Shown here: in pieces, positions 53,327-64,000 of the stretch
Numbering within the stretch: the first letter of the stretch is position 1
Layout: each line of letters begins with the position of its first letter
DNA from: Octopus vulgaris
Taxonomy: Eukaryota
Direction: 5' to 3'
Assembly: GCA_951406725.2 (NCBI GenBank)
Contig: OX597820.1
Location: forward strand, 49,848,001-49,912,000
Length of the DNA stretch: 64,000 nt
The notes under the pieces: generated by a model
Database searches by the model: none
What the model saw: only the letters and a program-made list of their open reading frames with translations
What the model was told of the DNA's origin: nothing
Translations under genes and position numbers: made by a program

Positions 53327-53540
53327 AAGGCAGTGAGCTGGCTGAATCGTTACCGCACTGGGCAAAATGCTTCGCGACATATCATCCGTCTTTATATTCT
53401 GGGTTCAAATTCCACCGAAGTCAACTCTGCCTGGCATCCTTGCTTGGTCGATAAAATACATACTAGTTGATACCTTGAGTCAATGTAATCGACTTTACCG
53501 CCCAATTTTCTGGTCTTGTGCCAAAATTTGAAACCAATGT
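53327..53540 (+). mobile_element. Diverged SINE family C
   Basis: aaggcagtgagctggctgaatcgtt..gggttcaaattccaccgaagtc..cttgtgccaaaatttgaaacc. Confidence 0.75.
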
Positions 53541-53690
53541 ATTTCGTATTAAATACAACAACAAAAATAGATGTTTTGGAGTATTTAAATTATCAATGCT
53601 TCCGGGCACGAATTGTCCAAAATGATATTAAAGAAAAAATTATTATATATCTGTTGAGACAGAGACAGCTACTTGATGCATATATACTTT

Positions 53691-53813
<123 letters not shown>

Positions 53814-56800
53814 AACGCAAGCACTCACGCACGCGCGCGTAAAACAGAAGTATTTGAATTGCAGGCTTAAGCTTAGGTACTATTTTGACTTCTGCTGCTG
53901 GTTTTTATACTCATCCAAGTTAGTTTTGACAGGGGAGACCTACAATGAATTCCATTTCATTTATGTAAATCATAAGTTGGCAGTATGTGATTTGCAGAGA
54001 ATTTGGCTGCTATTCTTGCTGGTTTAAAGATCATGTAAATATTTCTGTTGGTTCATGATATTTATAATTTAAAATAATTGAAAACCTTCATTTGCCATCA
54101 CTCCTATTAGCTTAAATATATAAGGGAAAGAGCAGTTATGTTGTTAAAGAAATATCTATGAATAGCTAAATAAAATTAAGTTTTCCATGAAGCATCTGTT
54201 GTAAGAAACATTTAAATATTATACATATATCAATTTACTTCATTTTATTTCTTACTTATCTTGAAATTAGGAGGTCGGTGAAAAGACTGAGTAAAAGCGT
54301 GGTTGCCTTTATTGCTATTCCTTTTGTGGTGGTTGTATTTGTTGCCGTTTTATTTGTAGGGCCTCATTTCAGCAATGACAGAAGACATGATCAAACCGTC
54401 ACATACTGTGACACCTTCAGCGGCAATTTGGTGTGTTCAGCTACCGGCTCAGGCTCCGCTCCTCGTCTTGTTGAGAAAAGCAAACTATCAAAGTGTCGGT
54501 CGCTTCCCTGACAGGTTTATTAATCGAGCCTCTAACATTGGGGGACTTTCAGCATTCTCGGTCCCCGGATCACATCCCTGCTCACTGCTATCGGGTCAGA
54601 GATGGTGAGCCCCGTGAGTCACAAGTGACTATTCCAAGGCGTCTTTTTCGCCATCCTCCAGGGCAACAACTTTTCCATTTTGTCTACTAGGCCCATGAGC
54701 CAGAACGAGTTAGGGATAGACTGAGAGACAAAACGAAGAGAGATGCTAGACAAGGATTAACAAAAAAGTGATCACACACCCATACAGTCAGAGAAGGTCA
54801 AAATATGTTTATTGCCTCGACAATCAATGAGGACCATGCAAGACCTTGAAGAGAACCGACACACCTTGTTCTGTTTCAACTATCACCGTTGTCTTTATTA
54901 TATCTGTCTCTCTACAAACTCTCGGATCCTTTCAGTTTGGTTGCCAATATTGGAAAAGTCACAGTTTATTGAAAATTTTAAAATTAGTTACACTAATGTA
55001 GCTTTCCAAGCTGAATCTCAGGAGATATTTCACTTTTTCTAGAAAAATTTTCTTTAAAAGTTATGGAGGTTTAAGATTTGATAATATTCACCCAGTCAGA
55101 ATACAGGATGTGGTAGCTGTCATTTTATGCGTGACGTATTTTACTATGAAACTGTAAATAAACGGCTTCAGCTTTATGAACGATTTATAACCCCTCATAA
55201 ATCTTTTTAAGGTTCTAGAATTTTTAGAAAATTTTTGCGAATTTGTATTTCTACATTCAGGGATTCATACGATTATGCAAAAATCAAAAGAAATGATTTA
55301 GGGGTGGCATGATTTAAGGCCTATTTTGCTGTTATTTTTAGGATATCTCTCAACCAACAGAGCACAGCGTGGACGCACATTCTTTCGCATAGAAGATATT
55401 TGTCAACACGTGCTATCCACAGACAAAAGAGTTCTCATACTTGGCTTGTTACTATGTAAACAGGCATGAATGTGTCTGTGTCTTACGATTGGTTAAAAAT
55501 TACCCAAAAATGTTCAAACTTTAAAACCTAATAATACTTTGTTTATTGATTTATTGCGAAAACGAATTTCAAAGCAGTGATTAGCATATAAAACCATATC
55601 ATTACGCCGAATATGAAATCAATTCAACCAGGAATTGAATAGATTAAAAATTGTCAGCCAAACTGCACAGATCCTAACTCTCCATTATTCACCTTAGTGG
55701 AATAATGTAGTGTCTTTGATAAGACTTTAGTGTAAGATCTGAGGGAAATTTGATTGCTCTTTCGAGCAGCTCGGGTTACATTGCAATACAGACTCTCTCG
55801 TTGACTCGACAACTGATAATGTTTAACTCATGTCTAACATAATCGAGTAGATATATTTGCTCAGAATAATCTCAATTCCATCTTTATAAGTTTACCTTGG
55901 ACTATACCATCTAAGGTATACATCCTGCAAATAATGTGTGACTGGAAAAAAGATTTTGCTGGCTGCTTCTTCTAGTAAGTCGAAGGCTTACGGTGAGATT
56001 CTTCTGCTGTCTTCGTCATCATGGAAGTGTTTATTAATGGCGGCTAATTGTTAAGCTGACTGAAGAGTCTCATATTAATCGTTTTAGCGAGATCTGTTTT
56101 ACATCATATTAATATTCTCTTAATCTGAAGACATACTCAATTAATATTTATGCGATTAAGGTATTTAGTTTTCATCAATTTTTTTCTTTTGTTTTGTTGA
56201 TTTTCAAACAGATGCCGAGATAATCCTTGCAAGCTTGTATTATGGCCGAGCAGGCATTAATGACAAACAAACACACAGCGTTTACACACACACGCACACA
56301 CACGCTGACGAATGTACACATATACATACGTATCCATATATATATATGCGTTTTTGTCTGTTTGTGTATGTGTTAATGTTCACTTAGTCATACAATAAAA
56401 TAAACAATTTTCTACGGCTAATTCTTGGTAAGTATTGCTATTAATTCATTTGTACTGAGTGACCGCAGTTTCACTAAATCTTGTATGCAGTCCGAGAAGT
56501 TTGAACTATAGGCTGCTTGGATTTTCGCACACCCTTTCTCACACACTTACACAAACAAAATAATAGTTAACACAAAAATGTTTCTCAAGCTATATTTCTA
56601 AAGGTATATAATTTTATTAGAATTTGAATATTCCTAAATTGTTTCACACACATTCTCTCTGTCACTTATTCTTAACGATCGGTGTAGAAAATAACTTGGA
56701 AATATATGAACAAAAATATTTATAAACGCATTGAAATATGATTAGGAATGAAGTTATGATTAATAGTTTACGAATATTTTTTACTTAAATGTTTCGCACT

Positions 56801-57393
56801 CCTTCATTAAATCAATCGTTTGAATAAATGCTAACGTGAAACTGAGCGTAACGATTCAAGCAATTTCAACTTTTGATAAAGTATAAGCACTCTACCTTGT
56901 GTGTCGTATACTTATTTGTTCCTTTGAAATCACAAACATTCTGTAATTAATAAATTTATGGTAATGAAGTATTACAGCCTCAGGATATTTAATTCTACAT
57001 ACACTTGACGGGTGGTATGTAAGACTACTTTGCTTTTTTAAAAAATTTCAATAGGAACAAACATTCGAGATTACGGAAAAGGAACGTTTAAGCTATGGAA
57101 GCAAAGTACAGACAATGCTCAAAATTTGAGAGGGGACTTGTATTATGATAAAACTAAAATTAATATGACATTCAATATTTGAGGCCCTGTAGTAATGTTC
57201 GAAAACAAAAGTAAAATAATTTTGTTTTTAATACAGCATGCCGTGTATTTGTGTGTGATATAATCATACGCACATGCACAAACACATGCACACAACACGC
57301 ACGCTCGCAATCACATACGCACATAGATACTTGAGCGCATGTGTGTGTGTGTGTATGTGTATGTGTGGTTGCGCGCGAGCACGTGTGTAAGTA

Positions 57394-57493
<100 letters not shown>

Positions 57494-58194
57494 GTACTTA
57501 TGTATCCGCAGAGATAAATTATGGATATAACATGCGAAGAATCACCATTACGGCCTAAATGGTTTCAATTCCGATTCGATGTTGTCACGACAACAATGTA
57601 CAACACATGAAATAATTTTGATATTTATACATTTACTTTACTCGTTTTTAAACAGCTTCACTTCAAAAGTAGATGGATTAGTAGAAACGTTAGATCATTA
57701 CACAAAAATAGACATGTAGAATTTTGGTATCGCTTCTTATGTTTTCAGCTGGATTCCTGCCGAGACCAACATTCTCTTTCATCATTCTTAGTAAGTCGAT
57801 ATAATTAAAACCATTCAAGCGACGGAGTCGATTTGGGTGTCTATTCTCATCCACCAAAATTTTTGGCTTAGCGCCAATTGAAAAATGAAAAAATAACTAT
57901 TGACAATATGGATTTCGATCACTACACGAGCAGACAGAGATTACAGTTACTGAATACGTTGGTCCCATTCGGCTTTTAAGCTGTTTTCTTTCCTTGGATA
58001 AGCTATTTAAACTTACTGATAAGCATTTATGTTCACGAGTAGTCTATTAGCTGGAAGTGGATTTGCCAATAACTATAAGGGACAAATTAACACAAAAGAC
58101 CAATATCGAGATACTTCCTTGTTTTTTTTGTTCTTATATATTCTCTTAGTTATTATACAAAAACTATATTGATTTCATATTTTGGAACAAAAGT

Positions 58195-58360
58195 CCATTA
58201 CATCGGCCCCAGTGCTCTACAGGTACTTATCTAATCGACCCCTAAAGAGACGAAAGGCAAAGTCAACCTCGGCGGAATTTGAACTCAAAACGTAATGACA
58301 AACGAAATGTCGCTAAGTATTTTGCCCGGCGTGCTAACGATTCTGAAAGCATGCCAGCTT
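58195..58360 (-). mobile_element. SINE family C
   Basis: aaaggcaaagtcaacctcggcggaatttgaactc..gcccggcgtgctaacgattctg. Confidence 0.8.
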
Positions 58361-58421
58361 ATAATAACCAAGATATATTAAAATATTTTAAGCATATGTA
58401 TATACATAGGTAAATGAGTTT

Positions 58422-58452
<31 letters not shown>

Positions 58453-59608
58453 GCTTCTTCCAGAATTATTGCCCCTTCTCTATAATTATTGCTCCGTCCC
58501 CAGAATTATTGTTTTTACGAGGTCAATACAAGGCAATGGAATTGATAAAGCTATTCAGTATAGATATGATTTTAAGTAATTTCTTTCACGTATTTTCTAT
58601 GTAGCCTATGTTTCTGCGTAAAATACCTTGTCGTAAGTGAAAAATTATTGAACTTTAGGTATATATCAGACTTCTCTCTGCTGGTTAAGAGTGCTTCGGC
58701 ATAATGCTTGTTTCCTTGTACATTCAACTGCATAAGTAAAAAATCCTTAATACGATTTCATTGCAAATATGAGGTTAGTAGTGGAAAACATTCCTTTTTT
58801 TTAAAAGCTATGAACAGAACCTCATTGTTGTCGGATTCTCATTACAAATGTCCGGATGTAGAATGGAAGCAGTAAGTTTTGTCGAGCTTATTGTATTTCT
58901 TTTCTTCCATACTTCTCTCCTTTTATTTATTTAATAAAATATTTCTTTCATGGTTCTCCTTCTGGCTAAATACTTGCTTGTACGTACTTAAAACAGCTGG
59001 AGCATTTTCTAGAAATCCTGTTTATACAAGTTAAATTAATTAGTAAAGCCATACAAGTTCAGTTATGTGTTAAAGAATTTATTTCACTCACATTCCATAA
59101 TAAATTGTCTATATAGCTGATATTTTGACACAAATCACCGTATAATTAAGTATAATTGTTAGTCTGCAGATATTATTTGGACTTCGCTTGTTGCTATATC
59201 ATATTTGAATAATTAGATTCAGCTACACTTAACTTCTTTGATAAACATAGCACTGCTTAGTTATTTGTCCTACGATAACATTTCAGACATTACTGTTCGC
59301 CAGCGTTAGTTATAAAAGTGAGATCAATGTCGTCTTGAAATAAACGTTCAAAATTGTCAGGAAAAGTAATATTTATCCCCACGTAGACGTAGATGTTCTG
59401 TTAGAACAAACTATACAGAGGTAGATGTCACGAGAAAGACGCTCATATTGGCATTTTGGTGCAAAATGCACTCTTGTTTACATCGATAGCGAGGAGATAA
59501 ATTCCCGGACTACCAGGTCACGTGGTTTCGACCTAGTTTGGCCTTGTTAATGATGGACACTTGACCGCTAGAGACAGTAGTGATCTATCTCCCCGCCAGT
59601 GATATATA

Positions 59609-60764
59609 TTGGGTCGTCCGGAAAATAGTGCCGATTTTAGAAGGAAAGAAAAAGGTAAATAAATATTTGCCATTACATTTTTAATCAACCAATTACGAAC
59701 CATTTTTTTGCACAATGTGTCTCCATCTTTCCTTTAACTTGCAAATACCCTCTTCCCAGAACTGATGTAGTTTTATAGCAAAGAATTCTTCAATGTATCT
59801 TTTTACGTCATCCAAGGAATTGAAATTTTTACCATTAAGACTATTCTGCAGAGACCTGAATAAGTGAAAATCCGAAGGAGCAATATCTGGTGAATACGGA
59901 GGGTGGGGTAACAAATCCCAGCCGAATTGCAGCAATTTGAATTGCTGCTTTTAACTCGTCCAGTTGTGTGCAGTATTTCTCAGAATTAATTGTCTGGTTA
60001 TTTGGGAGAAGCTCATAGTACAGAATTCCTTTCCAATCCCACCAGACACAAAGCAAGACTTTTTAGGGTGAAGACCCGATTTTGGGGTGGCTAAGGGTGG
60101 CTCATGTCGCTTAATCCAGAATCGCTTTCTCTGAACATTTCGGTAGATATTCCATTTCTCATCACCTGTCACAATTTGCTTTAAAAAAGGCACGTTTTCA
60201 TTCCTTTTATAAAGCGAATCACAGATGGAAAAGTTTCTTCTCACTCAATTCATGTGGTACCCAAACATCGTAGTGATATGTGTACCCAAGCTTTACCAGG
60301 TGCTCATGAACGTCGGATTTTGATAGGTTGAGGCTTTCTGCCAATTCTCGGGTTATTCTCAATTAATGACTTGATTTGGTCATCATCTGTAGTGGATGGC
60401 CTACCTGATCGATCTTTATCAATAAGGCTACAATCTCCAGCTCGGAACCTTGCGAACCACTTCCGTACAGTCCTTTCGGATAAAGAAACATAATCGTAAA
60501 CTGCGCATATTTCTTTTGTTGCTTGTGAGGCATTTTTCCCTTTTACGGAAAAAGAAAAGCATCAAGTGCCGAAAATGAACTTTCTTATCTTCCAATTTAA
60601 AGGGTTACAGAATTAACTCAGGCAATAGGAACATAAACTTTCTTCCACGAAAAGATAGCTTAAACTGTGCTCTAAATGGAGGTGTAGTCAAATCCTATTT
60701 TATGGACTGAACCATGTTCTAAAATAAGTCGAAAAGTAAGCTACGAACTTTCTGGACAGCCCAA
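59609..60764 (-). mobile_element. Near full-length decayed mariner transposon
   Basis: Imperfect TIRs ttgggtcgtccggaaa / tttctggacagcccaa with TA on both sides. Motifs W(V)PHEL, IVTGDEKW, LCVWWDWKGI and HPPYSPDIAPSDFHLF. Frameshifted, with the middle catalytic region deleted. Confidence 0.93.
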
Positions 60765-63700
60765 TAGATTGGCAGTGCCAGAACAGGCGCTGGTGACGCG
60801 ATTGGCCTGTTAGTTTGTCAGGAAAAGCTCTCTTTAAAATATTCGATTCTATTTGCTGAACTAATTCCCGATCAAATTCTAGGTTTTTGTACGTAAGTTA
60901 GTAAATATTTGCATCATTTTAGAATATTTGGACGAATATCAACGGTACAGATGTAAGAACCCTGAAAACAACCCACTTCTATTGTTCCGAAATAGAGGGG
61001 TGAGAAACGTTTACTATGTTCTGGATCAAACACTGATTTCAAGAAGCATATTTCTTCTAAACATAATTTTCCCAAAACGGTACCTTGGGTCTATTAAATG
61101 TAGATTATATTATATCGCCCTTCTTCGCATTTCCATGGCATAATGCATTTTCTTCCATCTCAACATCTCGACAGGTGTGTTAATATCACTATATTTCTTT
61201 GAAATCAGTGTCTATTTGAATTTGATCCAACGTATATTTGAGGAAGTACTATATACAAGCCACCATCCTATTTAATGAATGAAATGTGAATTTAGGATTA
61301 AGTTTTCGGTAACAATTCGAAGAAATCTTGTGATCAGCGCCCTCTTTGTAGTTACGAAATATACATAAAATTTTCGTCCTGTTTTCTCTACAACTACAAT
61401 CCTCTTGGTACTACCTGGTGTTAGCAAGTGGGTGAGGGAGTCACCAGTAATTTTTTCGCAATTTTACAACTTCAAATAGAAAAATATGTATTGGCAAAAA
61501 AGTTTATTTACTTTTTGGGTACTAAAAATAACACAGTATAACATTTAAATAAATCTTTTTCTTTGGTCAGTGAGTGTAATTTCTTATTTGCTGATATCCA
61601 GAAATCAAAAGAAAGGACTACTATTCCCTTCAAACATTGCTTTTGTGACCCGGACGTCAATATTTTGAAACTGACCTATTTTCCGTTACATTTCAAGCAT
61701 ATTCAACTCTGAGTTGCTGAAGCAGAAATATCGTTATAGCAAATATTCTGCTCAACACCACAGATTTGCATGCCACTTGCTTGATCATAATCACTTGAGA
61801 ATGCCCCTTAGTGGCTGACAATATGTACATCTTTGATCATGAGTAGGAGTAGTTAGGGCGTACCATAGCTATGTGTTGAGAAGGATTCTTTGGGGTTTGA
61901 ATAAATGTAACAAAAGCAAAGTTTGGAGGGAATATTAACCATTTTTTCTAGGGACAAGCAAGTAGGAAATAACAGTTGCTTTCCAAGTTCCTATTCATGT
62001 TACATAGTGTTATATGATACACTTACAAAAATTTCGTTAATCAACAAGAAACGAAAAGATACCTTCATATCCAAACTGCCATTAATTATTTAAACTGACC
62101 AGTAGCGAGATTGGACGGTTTCTTCCTTGTTGTGTATACATACATATATGAAGAGGAATTTATTCATTAGAGTAATTTCCTATTACTATTATAAAAAATA
62201 TATAACGTTACTATCCCCATAATAGTTATTGCATTTTTTCAGAAATATACATATCTAGTTCGAATCCAACCTGTTACAGTGTATACCTGTAGAAATAAAA
62301 CACCTGCTACTGTTTCGGACGTCAAACTGACAGAAACGTAGGGTAGATAAAAAAAAAATACCCAAGAAACACTGATTTCTGGATAGACACAACACCTCTA
62401 ATTACACTGATGTCATATCGTCAGTGTAATCAATCTCCTTTTAATGATATTATAATTCATCGATTGCAGAACGATGATAATCAAAACTACCATTGGCGAT
62501 GGAATTAGAACTCAGAACAATTGCATAAATATCTCAGTTCTAATGCTGCCGAGGTCATATTTACTTTTATATTTCCAGAATCAATAAAATAAAGTACCTG
62601 TAAAACAATTTTTTTTTTAAATCGAAAAGATAGCATTTTTAAAGATGAGGTTTATAATCTAAAAATCAAAAAACAAAAATTAAATTTCAGCCCTCTAGAC
62701 ATTTTATTCAGATACCTAATTGGATATCTGCGATGAAATGGCATAAATATCAAGTATGTTAGATGTCAACAGTATTTTTCTGGAGATTATTTATATTCTT
62801 GTTTTGATTATTAAAATTTTATTATAAAAAGATGCAAATTTAAGGGAAAATATTTTCAGCAAATCTGTGATTTTATTTTTTGAGACGAATGATATTAACC
62901 TTCAGGTTAGTGTACCAAGAAAACTTCGAAAATGACTTGAACAGATGTTAAAATATATTAATATTCAAAGCACTATACAAAAACTATCACCCGTCAACAT
63001 CTGGCTAGCAATTATAATAATTTTGTTGCCCACCTCCTAACGTTTGAATTATTGTTTATATTTGTTATTAATTATTTTTGCTCTATTTTAATTACAGAGG
63101 TAAATCATGGCTAAAGTCATGAACGATTTAATATATCTCCAGCTTCGGTTGCTTTTAGCATTCTTGCAATGCATAAAACAGTTAAACTTGAACGGTAATA
63201 GATGTATCTCTTTAGATCTTAGCATGCATATAGATTATGAGAGCATTCGGTAATTTATGTGAAGAAAAAAATGCTAACACCACAATATACATTTATATTA
63301 CAAACATTCGTGTATATTTATGTGAATGTAAGTAATTATATTTAAGCATGTGTGCATGATGTGTGTGTGTGTGTGTGAGTGCAAGTTGGAATTAATGAAA
63401 GAAAAAAAAGGACACGATAGAGCTGAATAAAACAAATTAATTTAATACGTGGAATAGTGAATTTTTCAAGGTGGGGAGGATAGGAATATCAACTACATCT
63501 TGTAGTTCTTATATTTCTTAAAAATCTTATTTAGGAGAATACGCGCTTACCCCGTCTCCCACACACACTCTCTCTCTCTCTCTTTCTCTCTCTCTCACTT
63601 TACACACACACACACACAGGCACTTGCTCCCTCACTTACACACACATGCGTACACATATATGCGTATTTTTTTTATATATTGATAAAAAGATAAATTTTT

Positions 63701-63933
63701 ATATTTGACTCTACATTTTATATTCAGTTCTTAGATCGAAACCACGTAGTCTGGTGGTCTCAGAGCTATGGTGGGAGGAGTATTCAGTGCGAGAAGTGCA
63801 CTGAATAAATCTGCTGGAGATATCTTCCTGAGGTTAAATGGCAGTATCGTCGTCTCTTAGAGGACAGCCACATTAAAATGGCCAAATCAACACTATCAAA
63901 AAATTATTTTAACTCTTTCTCTCTCTTTTTCTG

Positions 63934-63970
<37 letters not shown>

Positions 63971-64000
63971 CGGGAGGCTTTATGAAAATAAACAAAAGAC

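Noticed and set aside
56170-56270. Pyrimidine tract plus CAG resembling a splice acceptor
   Set aside because: No clear donor or coding signal, so an exon cannot be supported without transcripts.

Overview
AT-rich, microsatellite-saturated eukaryotic intergenic or intronic DNA. The SINE repertoire resembles what I recall from octopus/cephalopod genomes, but that is inference. No host protein-coding gene is recognisable, and almost all short ORFs are microsatellite artefacts. The only intact long ORF (23350-27039, +) is an R4/Dong-clade non-LTR retrotransposon (RT plus CCHC and restriction-like endonuclease) sitting in (TAA)n, with two decayed relatives in neighbouring (TAA)n tracts. The rest is tRNA-derived SINEs, mariner, pogo and hAT remnants, and CR1/L2, RTE and Penelope-like fragments. 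The most striking signal is a set of short non-coding elements, mostly inserted in (TA)n, that carry type I hammerhead ribozyme (HHR) motifs, most with palindromic stem III. About 11 motifs from at least 6 families are visible. They include a retrozyme-like element with two HHR-bearing 216-bp direct repeats 361 bp apart (3844-4420) and several near-perfect fold-back palindromes. All folds were done by eye and none was tested computationally.
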